A stretch of DNA of 33,599 nucleotides, taken from assembly GCA_964441635.1 (NCBI GenBank), contig CAYTUZ010000002.1, forward strand, positions 1-33,599, given 5' to 3'. Each line of letters begins with the position of its first letter. The stretch's first letter is position 1. This document shows positions 1-8,369 of the stretch, one piece after another. The notes beneath the pieces were generated by a model. The model had not been told where the DNA came from. It made no database searches and was given only the letters and a program-made list of their open reading frames with translations. The translations under genes and the position numbers were made by a program. This DNA comes from an uncultured Candidatus Saccharibacteria bacterium. GTDB taxonomy: Bacteria; Patescibacteriota; Minisyncoccia; Phycocordibacterales; PALSA-1337.

Positions 1-2
1 AT

Positions 3-902
3 CAAGTTGCCGCAGCCGCAGTTACAGGTATATCACAAAACACAGACAGCCCTTACATGATCGCAGAAAGTTTTGACCCGAACGATCAATGGGGCGGGAC
101 TGTAAGATTGTTGCAAGACGGTGAGATTCCCCCTGCAAATTCTTATCCTGTAGATTCTGTGTTAGGTCTTTCACCGACAATACTTCCATCTCCGCAACCG
201 ATAATTAAGACGACAAGCTTGCCAAAATTCCTCTCTGACTTCATTTCTGGCACGCAGTATGTTTTCACAAACGTAGTCACGGCAATTTCTTCTCTGATTC
301 AAAAACCCGCAACCCCGACATTCTCGCCGACACCGGCTTCCACATTTGTACCCACACAAACTTCGGTATCTACTATTTCTCCTTCTCCCACTAATTCTAT
401 AAAACCTACACCTACGATTACCAACACAACGCCTGCCGTGACACGCACCCCTTCGCCAAGTTATTCGCCGACGTCGACGATTTCTTCAACCCCAACATAC
501 TCTTACAGCCCAACACCGACTCCGACATATTCTGCTACGCCAACTTATAGTTATTCTCCAACCCCGAAAGTAACCAATACGCCGACCCCGATTCCTTCAC
601 AGACTCCAGTATCGACATATTCACCCGCGCCTACGACTTCAAGCACACCAGCACCAACAACATCTTCAACTCCAACGCCGACCAATACCGCAAGTCCGAC
701 GCCGACTGCCACGCCAACCACAACCAGCACACCAACACCTTCAAAGACACCTTCTCCAAGCCCAAGTCCCTCGCCAAAATCTTCGCCGAACGCATTCAAT
801 ACTTCCACAAGCCAATCAGTTCTTGGCCTTATGGCATCAACCCTGTTCAATCCTTGGCTGAATCTTGCAAATGTTCTTGCTGGTCAAAATTTCATAAAAT
901 AA
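3..902 (+). CDS. Pro/Thr/Ser-rich low-complexity secreted or surface protein, 5' end cut by window edge
   Basis: Frame 3 is open from base 3 with no stop before the ATG at 57, so the CDS probably begins upstream. About 200 aa of PT/PS repeats ([26 protein letters not shown]) followed by a short hydrophobic tail. Stop TAA at 900-902. Confidence 0.6.
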   Translation, partial: QVAAAAVTGISQNTDSPYMIAESFDPNDQWGGTVRLLQDGEIPPANSYPVDSVLGLSPTILPSPQPIIKTTSLPKFLSDFISGTQYVFTNVVTAISSLIQKPATPTFSPTPASTFVPTQTSVSTISPSPTNSIKPTPTITNTTPAVTRTPSPSYSPTSTISSTPTYSYSPTPTPTYSATPTYSYSPTPKVTNTPTPIPSQTPVSTYSPAPTTSSTPAPTTSSTPTPTNTASPTPTATPTTTSTPTPSKTPSPSPSPSPKSSPNAFNTSTSQSVLGLMASTLFNPWLNLANVLAGQNFIK

Positions 903-922
903 CCCACTTACTAAAAGGCACT

Positions 923-950
923 TTGTTTTCCTACAAGCTTGCGTTATAGT
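923..950 (+). promoter_or_regulatory. Candidate sigma70-type promoter for rsmI (TTGTTT - 16 nt - TATAGT)
   Basis: TATAGT at 945-950 lies 6 nt upstream of the ATG at 957. No SD motif in between. The pattern recurs at other first-in-unit genes. Confidence 0.35.
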
Positions 951-956
951 CAAACT

Positions 957-1652
957 ATGTCAACGCTGTATATTGTAGCTACACCCATAGGCAATCTCGA
1001 AGACATTACCATTCGAGCCATAAAAACGCTAAATGCCGTGGATCTGGTGCTCTGCGAAGATACGCGGGTTACCAAAAAGCTTTTGGATCGGCACAATATC
1101 CACACGCCAACACTTTCTTATCATAACCGAAGCACGCCGGCGCGTGTTGAGCAGATAATGGCTATGATCAAAGAAGGTAAAACGCTGGCACTGGTCTCCG
1201 ACGCCGGTACGCCGGGAATTTCCGATCCCGGTTCGGAATTGGTGAGAAGGGCGAGGGTAGAATTTGCAGAGAGAATAGAGAATGGAGAATTGAGAATAGA
1301 AGCTATTCCCGGACCGTCGGCTTTGACGGCAGCAATTTCTATAGCGGGCATCCCAACAACAGATTTTACTTTTTTGGGATTTATGCCGCACAAAAAAGGC
1401 CGTGAGACTTTATTCAAGGAAATGGCTGCTTCGGAGTGCACGACTATTTTCTATGAATCGCCGCATCGTATCCTGAAGACGCTTGCAGCGCTCACAAAAT
1501 ATTTGGATAGTGAAAAAAGGGTAATCGTTTGCCGCGAATTGACCAAGGTTTTTGAAGAATTGGTTAGTGGAAAGCCTGAAGAAGTCAAAAACTATTTTGA
1601 GGCACATAAGGACAAAATCCGCGGCGAAATCGTTGTCATAGTGGCAAAATGA
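957..1652 (+). CDS. rsmI: 16S rRNA (cytidine1402-2'-O)-methyltransferase RsmI
   Basis: N-terminus MSTLYIVATPIGNLEDITIRAIKTLNAVDLVLCEDTRVTKKLL, plus SDAGTPGISDPG and YESPHR motifs typical of the tetrapyrrole-methylase-fold RsmI family. The track ORF starts at TTG 939; ATG 957 is preferred. Confidence 0.9.
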   Translation: MSTLYIVATPIGNLEDITIRAIKTLNAVDLVLCEDTRVTKKLLDRHNIHTPTLSYHNRSTPARVEQIMAMIKEGKTLALVSDAGTPGISDPGSELVRRARVEFAERIENGELRIEAIPGPSALTAAISIAGIPTTDFTFLGFMPHKKGRETLFKEMAASECTTIFYESPHRILKTLAALTKYLDSEKRVIVCRELTKVFEELVSGKPEEVKNYFEAHKDKIRGEIVVIVAK

Positions 1653-1677
1653 AAGCGCTTTGCGCTATACTGGATAC

Positions 1678-1971
1678 ATGTCAAAAAGACAATGGTTAAT
1701 GCTCTTCGGCCTCTTGGTGGCGGTCCTGCCATTCTTGGGCTTTCCGTCGAATTGGAATGAGATCTTTTATGTAGTTATAGGACTTCTGGTTGTGGTTGTG
1801 GCATACCGCCTCGCGCCAAAACCAAAAGCAGACAGCAAAACAAATTTACAGTCACTGCCTTTTACTGAACATCAAAACAACTCGTCGCTTGTGAAAAAAC
1901 CAATGGTAGATTCTGTCGCAGCGCCGGAAAATAAGATTAATAAAAATTCTTCATCCATTATTGGGCAATGA
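1678..1971 (+). CDS. Small membrane protein (two predicted TM helices), unknown function
   Basis: MSKRQWLMLFGLLVAVLPFLGFPSNWNEIFYVVIGLLVVVVAY is strongly hydrophobic. ATG 1678 is preferred to the track TTG 1660. Its stop overlaps the next start (ATGA at 1968-1971). Confidence 0.6.
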   Translation: MSKRQWLMLFGLLVAVLPFLGFPSNWNEIFYVVIGLLVVVVAYRLAPKPKADSKTNLQSLPFTEHQNNSSLVKKPMVDSVAAPENKINKNSSSIIGQ

Positions 1972-3224
1972 TCGGTTTTACAAAGAAGCTTGGCTCCACA
2001 AAGATCACCGTCCTGATCATTATCGCTTTTTTTATTGTTGCAACAGCTGTCGTGCTTTATATATTCTTGCCGGCGGCCAAAGTCTATTATGAGATTCCCG
2101 AAGTCGCGAGTGTGAATATGGCTACGACCACGAATGCGACTTCAACGCCGGTTTTTGTGGTCACTCATGTAAAAACGCCTGATGCGGTGAAAGCCATTTA
2201 CTTTACCAGCTGGGCCGCCGGCAATCAGAAATTTCGCAAGGAGCTTTTTGATATTATTGATTCCACGGAAATAAACGCGGTAGTAATCGACGTAAAGGAT
2301 TATACCGGACGGATCAGTTTTCCAGTCGATGATCCGGATTTGAAAGCGAGTGGAGCTGCACAAAACCGTATTCCGGACGTGAAGCAATTCATCGGCGAAT
2401 TGCACAAGCGCGGCGTCTATGTCATAGGCCGCATTTCGTCTTTTCAAGATTCATTTATGATCAACATTCATCCTGATTGGGCAGTCAAAACCAAAGAAGG
2501 CAATGTCTGGGCTGATTACAAAGGTGTGAAGTGGCTCGATCCCGGCGCGGTGCCAGTCTGGGATTATTTGGTGGCTATAGGCAATCAGGCTTACGCTGTT
2601 GGCTTCGACGAATTGAACTTCGACTACATCCGTTATCCTTCCGATGGCAATCTGAATGACATCGCTTATTCTTGGAGCAACGGCGAAAGCCGTGAGACGG
2701 TCATGCGGAACTTCTTTGTTTACTTGAATGGCCAGTTCGCCAGTTCTTCCATCCCAACCTCGGTCGACCTTTTTGGACTCACGACCAGCGCCGAGGATGA
2801 CCTCGGTATCGGTCAGAATATGGCCGACGCTTTGCCGTATTTCAACTTCGTTGATCCGATGGTTTATCCTTCGCATTTTGGCGCCGGCTTCATCGGTTAT
2901 GCCCATCCGGCGCAATATCCTTATGAGGTGGTGAAATATGCCATGGAGCATGGCGTGCAAAAAGCCGCCATCGCTTCTACTTCGCCCATGAAGCTCCGAC
3001 CTTGGCTCCAAGCTTTTGACCTTGGCGCGGTTTATACGCCGGCGATGATTCGCGCACAGATCCAAGCGACTTATGATACTGGCCTCACCAGCTGGCTACT
3101 TTGGGATGCAGGCAGTGTCTACAACAAAGAAGCGCTGGTGCCAAAAGTCGCAAGTGTGGCAGTTACCAGCACAAGAGTTGCGAGTACGACGGCAGTCTTG
3201 AATGCGACATCCACAGTTTATTAA
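1968..3224 (+). CDS. Membrane-anchored putative glycoside hydrolase (DUF4015 / GH-like TIM-barrel family)
   Basis: N-terminal TM helix, then VVIDVKDYTGRISF, HKRGVYVIGRISSFQD, WLDPG and GFDELNFDYIRYP, which match my recollection of the COG1306/DUF4015 family. Confidence 0.7.
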   Translation: MIGFTKKLGSTKITVLIIIAFFIVATAVVLYIFLPAAKVYYEIPEVASVNMATTTNATSTPVFVVTHVKTPDAVKAIYFTSWAAGNQKFRKELFDIIDSTEINAVVIDVKDYTGRISFPVDDPDLKASGAAQNRIPDVKQFIGELHKRGVYVIGRISSFQDSFMINIHPDWAVKTKEGNVWADYKGVKWLDPGAVPVWDYLVAIGNQAYAVGFDELNFDYIRYPSDGNLNDIAYSWSNGESRETVMRNFFVYLNGQFASSSIPTSVDLFGLTTSAEDDLGIGQNMADALPYFNFVDPMVYPSHFGAGFIGYAHPAQYPYEVVKYAMEHGVQKAAIASTSPMKLRPWLQAFDLGAVYTPAMIRAQIQATYDTGLTSWLLWDAGSVYNKEALVPKVASVAVTSTRVASTTAVLNATSTVY

Positions 3225-3333
3225 CCCTTGCTTTTTTCCGAAGAAGTAGTACAGTATATGGCGGACAAACGTATGCATAACTTGGGATTGGACACCTGAG
3301 AAAGCATACACAATCATAATTAATTCGTTAGTT

Positions 3334-3561
3334 ATGCCAGTAAAGTCAGTCAGAACAAATGGTGCCGTGCCAAACGGTAACGGCAAAGTTGGATGTGCTA
3401 ACACGGATATGATTATCGGAGTCTTTGGCCGGGCAAGCGCCCCCACAGACGAAGAGATCCGAGGATCCGTGCGCGATCGAGTAAGCGCCTTTGGTTCGGA
3501 TATCGACTCCGCCCAGAATTGCCGGATCGACGTTGAGCGCTTCAAAGCCTTCACCTACTGA
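3334..3561 (+). CDS. Hypothetical 75-aa protein (weak call; may instead be non-coding)
   Basis: The ORF ends 20 nt before a strong hairpin with a U-rich tail. However, the region is stop-free in four frames, has no recognisable protein motif and no RBS. Confidence 0.25.
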   Translation: MPVKSVRTNGAVPNGNGKVGCANTDMIIGVFGRASAPTDEEIRGSVRDRVSAFGSDIDSAQNCRIDVERFKAFTY

Positions 3562-3583
3562 CGTTCGCACACCCTATGTAAAC

Positions 3584-3620
3584 ACCCGACGCTTCCCCAA
3601 GCGCCGGGTTTACTGTTTAT
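3584..3620 (+). terminator. Candidate intrinsic terminator
   Basis: ACCCGaCGCTT-CCCC-AAGCGcCGGGT is a GC-rich stem with a CCCC loop, followed by TTTACTGTTTAT. Confidence 0.45.
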
Positions 3621-3628
3621 GGTATAAT
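3620..3628 (+). promoter_or_regulatory. Extended -10 element TGgTATAAT
   Basis: Perfect TATAAT at 3623-3628 with TG at 3620-3621, 17 nt upstream of the ATG at 3646. Confidence 0.4.
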
Positions 3629-3645
3629 TCGAGTAAAATAAGCTC

Positions 3646-5601
3646 ATGGATGAAGACCGCGTCACATACTTTGGCGAAACTGACGCCCGCAACAAACGGG
3701 TGAAATTTGGCATCAAAGCCAAAGATCGCACCAAGCACGTCTATGTCATCGGCAAAACTGGCATGGGCAAGTCCACGTTGCTCGAGAATATGGCCGTGCA
3801 GGATATCCAAAGCGGCGAAGGTATGTGCTTTATCGATCCTCACGGCAAGACCGCCGACCTGCTTCTAGAATACGTTCCCAAAGAGCGTATCAACGATGTT
3901 ATCTACATCGCGCCTTTTGATGTCGAACATCCTATTTCATTCAATGTCCTCGAAAGTGTTGACCCTGACAAAAAACATTTGGTGGTTTCTGGGTTGATGA
4001 GTACATTCAAGAAAATCTGGGTGGACGCTTGGTCGGCACGCATGGAATATATTTTGACCAATACCCTCCTCGCTCTTCTCGACTATCCCGGCTCGACCTT
4101 GCTTGGCGTGAATAGAATGCTTTCCGACAAAGAATATCGGAAGGAAGTTGTTTCCAAAATTTCCGATCCGTCGGTCAAGTCTTTCTGGACCAAAGAATTT
4201 GCCGGCTACACCGAGCGCATGGCGGCAGAGGCTGTGCCTGCCATACAAAACAAAGTCGGCCAATTCACTGCCAATCCTCTGATCAGGAATATGATCGGCC
4301 AGCCGGAATCATCTTTTGATTTCCGCAAAGCCATGGACAGCCGGAAGATCATCATCATCAACCTTTCCAAGGGCAGGATCGGTGACGAGAACATGAAGCT
4401 CTTGGGCGGCATGTTGGTCACCAAGATATATCTCTCGGCCATGTCACGCGCTGACCTCACTGACCGCACCATGAAGGTCATGCCGAACTTCTATCTCTAC
4501 GTCGACGAATTCCAGAACTTTGCCAATGCTTCCTTCGCGGATATTCTCTCCGAAGCGCGCAAATATAAGTTGAACCTAACCATCGCGCACCAATATATCG
4601 AGCAGATGGATGAACAAGTCCGTGCGGCGGTTTTCGGCAACGTCGGCACCATGATCATCTTCCGTGTGGGCGCAACCGACGCCGAAATTCTGGAAAAAGA
4701 AGTTTCGCCGACATTCACTATCGAAGACTTGGTCAATCTGGGCTTCGCGCAAATTTACTTGAAGTTGATGATCGACGGCCTGACTTCTTCACCATTTTCT
4801 GCTACGACTTTGGCGCCGATCATTCATCCGGACATTTCGCATATGGAAGAGATTATCGCCGCATCTCGCCGTCAATTTGCGCAATCGCGCGAGAGTGTCG
4901 AGAAACGTATCATAGAATTTCACGAGCCGATAAAGAAAATTATTCCTCCAGCTGTTCCGCCAACTGTTCCGCCGACAGCTTCTCCGACTGTATCTACCAA
5001 CATGCCATTCAAGGCCGCATTATCGACTCCTGTTGTCACTCAGGCTCCAATCCCAGCCCATGTGCCGCCACATGCGAAAATTCCCGACAACAAACCAACC
5101 TATATCAGAAAAACTCCATATCACGAGAAAATACCACAACCTCCAGCTTCCAAGGCCGACTTGAGCGCGGCCATTTCCGCGGCTGTTGCCAAAGGTCCGC
5201 CGGTCATTGCCAAAACTCCGGAAAAACCTGCAGAAAAGCCCATAGAAAAAACTGTGGAGAAAGCTCCTATAAATCTCATTTCTAAAACTCCAGAAAAAGA
5301 ACCGAAGCCGTTATCACTCGATGCTTTGAAAGTGGTTGAAAGGCCGGTTGATGTCAAAATGCAGACCGAAGAAAATTTAGGTCACCTAAAGAGCGCTCTG
5401 GCAGCCGCTTTGCGAAAGGGACAATTGAAAGAATTTCAGTTGGAGCCGCAAGAAGGAATGAAAACAAGCGAACCTGACACTGAAGAATTTGCACCAGCTA
5501 CCCCTGTCACAGCTACGAGTACACCTATCGCCGAGACGAGAAAAGAGTTACCAAGGGAAGTGCCCGAAGCAGTCTTGAAAAACGTGCTCAAAGTAGACTA
5601 G
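3646..5601 (+). CDS. VirD4/TraD/TrwB-like (type IV coupling protein-like) P-loop ATPase with a ~230-aa Pro-rich C-terminal extension
   Basis: Walker A GKTGMGKST. Walker B-like FYLYVDEFQNF. LNLTIAHQYIEQM motif. Overall HerA/FtsK-superfamily layout. The C-terminus is PPAVPPTVPPTASP... KTPEKPAEKPIEK low complexity. Confidence 0.7.
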   Translation: MDEDRVTYFGETDARNKRVKFGIKAKDRTKHVYVIGKTGMGKSTLLENMAVQDIQSGEGMCFIDPHGKTADLLLEYVPKERINDVIYIAPFDVEHPISFNVLESVDPDKKHLVVSGLMSTFKKIWVDAWSARMEYILTNTLLALLDYPGSTLLGVNRMLSDKEYRKEVVSKISDPSVKSFWTKEFAGYTERMAAEAVPAIQNKVGQFTANPLIRNMIGQPESSFDFRKAMDSRKIIIINLSKGRIGDENMKLLGGMLVTKIYLSAMSRADLTDRTMKVMPNFYLYVDEFQNFANASFADILSEARKYKLNLTIAHQYIEQMDEQVRAAVFGNVGTMIIFRVGATDAEILEKEVSPTFTIEDLVNLGFAQIYLKLMIDGLTSSPFSATTLAPIIHPDISHMEEIIAASRRQFAQSRESVEKRIIEFHEPIKKIIPPAVPPTVPPTASPTVSTNMPFKAALSTPVVTQAPIPAHVPPHAKIPDNKPTYIRKTPYHEKIPQPPASKADLSAAISAAVAKGPPVIAKTPEKPAEKPIEKTVEKAPINLISKTPEKEPKPLSLDALKVVERPVDVKMQTEENLGHLKSALAAALRKGQLKEFQLEPQEGMKTSEPDTEEFAPATPVTATSTPIAETRKELPREVPEAVLKNVLKVD

Positions 5602-5610
5602 TATACAGAA

Positions 5611-6765
5611 ATGCGCCGCATACTCATCTTTTCCCTAGTCTATTACCCGCGCTTTGTCGGCGGTGCCGAAGTGGCTGTAAAAGAAATAACTGATAGGATT
5701 CCGACCGAAGAAGTTCAATTTGACATGATAACTCTGCGCAAGCATGGAGCCGCTTTCGAACGGATCGGCAATGTGAATATTTATCGAGTCGGCTTGCCGT
5801 GGTTTGGTGGGAATACCAAAAGTTCCAGAATATTTCCGCTTTCCAAAATCCTTTATCCATACTTGGCATTCAGAAAAGCGGTCTCGCTCCACAGAAAAAG
5901 TGGTTATGATGCAGTTTGGCCGATTATGGCGAGTTACGCCGGTTTTGCCGCGGTCTTATTCAAGAGAAAATTTCCCAAGGTGCCTGTGATTCTTACTATC
6001 CAAGAAGGCGATAACTTCGAAAAGCGCGACGGCATATTCAAGCCCTTTTTCAAAAAGATATTCAAGGTTGCGGACAAAATCCAAGTGATCTCAAACTTTT
6101 TGGAAGTTTGGTCCCGGAAAATGGGTGCAACAGCTCCGATAACCGTCGTGCCAAACGCAGTTGATTATTCTTTATTTTCAAAGCCAATATCCGCTGAAAC
6201 TTCACGAATGTTAAGAGATAAGCTTGGCAAAAAAGAAGGTGACATATTTCTCATTACCACCTCACGTTTGGTGCCAAAGAATGGGATATCTGACATTATT
6301 GAATCGTTAAAATATTTGTCTCTGAACGTAAAACTTTTAATTCTTGGCACTGGTTATCTCGATTCTTATCTCCAATCTCGAGTCTCCAATCTCGGTTTGG
6401 TTGATCGTGTGCAATTCCTCGGCTTCATTCCTCACTCGGAAATGCCCGCATATTTGGATATGTCGGACATCTTCATTCGTCCATCGCTCTCTGAAGGCTT
6501 TGGCAACTCTTTCATCGAAGCTATGGCGGCAGGAATTCCAGTCATAGCGACACCGGTCGGCGGCATTGTGGACTTCTTGCGAGATGGCGAAACCGGACTT
6601 TTCTGTGAAGTGAAAAATCCCAAGAGCATCGCGCAGAAAGTAGAAAAGCTGATCAAAGACAGGGAATCCCGAGAATACATCGTGCGGCAGGCAAAAAAGA
6701 TGGTGGAAGAAAAGTATCAGTGGACAAGGATAGCGGGGGAGATGAAAGATATTTTCCTAGAATAA
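5611..6765 (+). CDS. Glycosyltransferase family 4 (GT-B, Glycos_transf_1 domain)
   Basis: MRRILIFSLVYYPRFVGGAEV N-terminus and C-terminal EGFGNSFIEAMAAGIPVIATPVGGIVDFLRDGETGLF signature. Confidence 0.85.
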   Translation: MRRILIFSLVYYPRFVGGAEVAVKEITDRIPTEEVQFDMITLRKHGAAFERIGNVNIYRVGLPWFGGNTKSSRIFPLSKILYPYLAFRKAVSLHRKSGYDAVWPIMASYAGFAAVLFKRKFPKVPVILTIQEGDNFEKRDGIFKPFFKKIFKVADKIQVISNFLEVWSRKMGATAPITVVPNAVDYSLFSKPISAETSRMLRDKLGKKEGDIFLITTSRLVPKNGISDIIESLKYLSLNVKLLILGTGYLDSYLQSRVSNLGLVDRVQFLGFIPHSEMPAYLDMSDIFIRPSLSEGFGNSFIEAMAAGIPVIATPVGGIVDFLRDGETGLFCEVKNPKSIAQKVEKLIKDRESREYIVRQAKKMVEEKYQWTRIAGEMKDIFLE

Positions 6766-6790
6766 AAAAAGCCTCGCAAGTGAGCGAGGC
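6764..6790 (-). terminator. Intrinsic terminator between convergent genes (canonical on the minus strand)
   Basis: GCCTCGC-AAGTGA-GCGAGGC hairpin at 6771-6790 preceded by A7 on the + strand. On the minus strand this reads as hairpin followed by T7, 36 nt after the stop of the 6826..7248 gene. Confidence 0.65.
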
Positions 6791-6825
6791 GTGAATGGAC
6801 TAGAGAACTGTGTCACGCACCCTTT

Positions 6826-7248
6826 TCATTTGAGTGCTGATGAGACAGTGTAGAGATCATTGATGCCAAAGGGATTTCTGGGCGGATCCACGCCTTTGCG
6901 GTAGATCTTGTGACCGGAGCTGGGGTCCGAAAGATTGCCCAAGAACCAAACTATCTCACCAGAGTCGAGTTGCATTGGCCCGCTGTAATATTCCTCGCAT
7001 GCTCTGTTGTAGAAGGCGTCATAGAATTTTGTGTCACTCGCTAAGTCCCATCTGTCGGCCATGGCATTATAGGCGAGCAAGCCCAAGCTTTCTGCTTGCA
7101 GATAGTTGGCGGTGATTTTGATAGATCTGATCAAATAACGGTGGTTCCCTAGAAAGAGTTTTTTCCCTCTCAACAACCACAATTCTGCCCAGCAGCCGAC
7201 CAAATCCATTCCCTTGAGGTCTTCGAAAGTGATTGGTTTGTATTTCAT
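6826..7248 (-). CDS. Hypothetical protein, 140 aa
   Basis: Long ORF followed by a canonical terminator. Starts 15 nt downstream of the preceding minus-strand ORF. No motif I recognise. Confidence 0.55.
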   Translation of the reverse strand: MKYKPITFEDLKGMDLVGCWAELWLLRGKKLFLGNHRYLIRSIKITANYLQAESLGLLAYNAMADRWDLASDTKFYDAFYNRACEEYYSGPMQLDSGEIVWFLGNLSDPSSGHKIYRKGVDPPRNPFGINDLYTVSSALK

Positions 7249-7263
7249 AAATCCTTTCGTTGT

Positions 7264-7560
7264 TTATACTCCCCACCACGAAGGCATAGATCTTGCCTCA
7301 TTTTCCGCGAAGACTTGTATTGCCCTTTTTCGCAGTCGCGGAGTAATGTAAACCGTTCCAGCGAGAATTTGGAAGAGTTCGTGTTCTCGCCTGAAGTCGT
7401 CACTGTCCATTTCCGACACATTCGGTTTACCTCTTTTGCGATGAAGCGCGAGAAGCGCTTTTTGAGTCTTCTTGAGATGGCGAGTGCGTGCGGCATAGTC
7501 GACCAAACTCTGCGTGGTCGAATCCGTTCGGTGCCGAAGTCGAGTATTTAGTTTTTTCAT
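7264..7560 (-). CDS. Hypothetical basic protein, ~98 aa (MKKLNTRLRHR...)
   Basis: ORF 7264..7614 in the track; the internal ATG at 7560 is preferred. Arg/Lys-rich. Forms a two-gene minus-strand unit with 6826..7248. Confidence 0.45.
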   Translation of the reverse strand: MKKLNTRLRHRTDSTTQSLVDYAARTRHLKKTQKALLALHRKRGKPNVSEMDSDDFRREHELFQILAGTVYITPRLRKRAIQVFAENEARSMPSWWGV

Positions 7561-7621
7561 AACATCTGGAATAGATATTACAAGCATTGCGAGGGTTGTC
7601 AAATAGAATCGCAAGAATTTC

Positions 7622-7650
7622 TTGAATATCCTAGTATCAAGTTGTAGAAT
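7622..7650 (+). promoter_or_regulatory. Candidate promoter TTGAAT - 17 nt - TAGAAT
   Basis: The -10 ends 8 nt before the ATG at 7659. Lies in the divergent intergenic region between the 7560(-) and 7659(+) genes. Confidence 0.4.
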
Positions 7651-7658
7651 GCAGCTTT

Positions 7659-8204
7659 ATGGCCGATAAAAAGACAATAGACCAACGTGTTGCAGATTAC
7701 GATCAGATAAAGCATGAAGCTTCTGATCTTTACAACACCTTTGTCTCTGTTGATTGTGCAGCTCTTGGTCAAAAAGTCGATTTTACTTCAGAGGGATTCA
7801 ATCATCTTGTTTATTCTGCACCCAAGAAGATGAGAGATAAAAGAGCTCAAATACTTCGTTTTGACATGCTCTCAAAAGCAAAATTTATTCTCGAAACATC
7901 GACTACGTTTCAAGAATATGAGGAAGAAATTATCAACAAAAGAGTTAACCGAAATGGCCATTGGGTTCCGAAAAGTGTTTTAGTTTGTCGCTGGGGATTT
8001 GTGGCAATAATACAAAAGTTTCGCGTAAAAGTCGTAGTTACCAAAGAAAGCAATGGGGCTGTAAAATTTCTTAGTGTTGCACCGGCTTGGCTAACAAAAT
8101 GGTACAGGAATATCAAGATTATAGAGACATCTGTGGGAAAAGGTTTAAATAATTCTGATGATGAGGAGGTACTAAAAAACGCCACAATAAGTGACGCCTT
8201 TTAG
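7659..8204 (+). CDS. Hypothetical protein, 181 aa
   Basis: Clean ORF with a plausible promoter. The VDFTSEGFNHLVY segment is only faintly reminiscent of small phage-associated nuclease-like domains, so no function is assigned. Confidence 0.6.
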   Translation: MADKKTIDQRVADYDQIKHEASDLYNTFVSVDCAALGQKVDFTSEGFNHLVYSAPKKMRDKRAQILRFDMLSKAKFILETSTTFQEYEEEIINKRVNRNGHWVPKSVLVCRWGFVAIIQKFRVKVVVTKESNGAVKFLSVAPAWLTKWYRNIKIIETSVGKGLNNSDDEEVLKNATISDAF

Positions 8205-8335
8205 TGTGCCTGTCTCCGGCTTGGAAATAACCAGATAGGTCTGACGACCCGCAGACACACATATAATATACACAGGTATAAAGATTAAGTCAATGAATTT
8301 GTTTTCGAAAACAATCCATCATCAGGTGTTATTTT

Positions 8336-8363
8336 TTGCATTCAAATCCTTCAGGCGTATACT
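8336..8363 (+). promoter_or_regulatory. Candidate promoter TTGCAT - 16 nt - TATACT for rarA
   Basis: The -10 at 8358-8363 ends 6 nt before the ATG at 8370, and there is no SD. Confidence 0.45.
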
Positions 8364-8369
8364 ACCGCC

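Noticed and set aside
171-850. Antisense ORFs 171..359(-) and 551..850(-) opposite the Pro/Thr-rich gene
   Set aside because: Low-complexity ACN/CCN repeats give stop-free GV-rich antisense frames. This is a typical shadow ORF.
2791-2806. Hairpin CCGAGG-ATGA-CCTCGG in the GH-like gene as another member of the GAGG/CCTC palindrome family
   Set aside because: Six-bp stems are expected by chance about N/4^6 = 8 times per loop length in this window, and the arms do not share the GAGGTC core.
2451-3065. 204-aa antisense ORF inside the DUF4015-like gene, with similar shadows at 8850..9503(-) in rarA, 14462..14932(-), 22502..22876(-) and 27660..28076(-)
   Set aside because: Each overlaps a + strand gene that has clear family motifs. 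The antisense translations have no motifs and have Arg/His/Cys-rich composition.
3225-3645. tmRNA, RNase P RNA, SRP RNA or TPP riboswitch in the GC-rich gap. Teasers included GGATCGACG, a T-loop-like CGGA-GTCGATA-TCCG on the minus strand, ACAGTAAACCCGGCGCTT resembling the RNase P P4 3' strand, and CTGAGAAAG ... TTATGCCAG resembling TPP motifs.
   Set aside because: None of the candidates has the required partner elements in the right order. There is no GGGG acceptor with a complementary 3' end and CCA context, no tag-peptide ORF ending in a stop, and no GGAAAGTCCGGGC P4 5' strand. The P4-like string is at the wrong end, and the TPP P4/P5 CTGG...CCAG helix is absent. Kept only as an unclassified structured-RNA candidate.
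8205-8290. Imperfect long-range pairing GTGTGCCTG.../...CAGACACAC after the 7659..8204 gene, as a terminator or small RNA
   Set aside because: The pairing is weak and interrupted, there is no U-tract, and there is no repeat elsewhere in the window.
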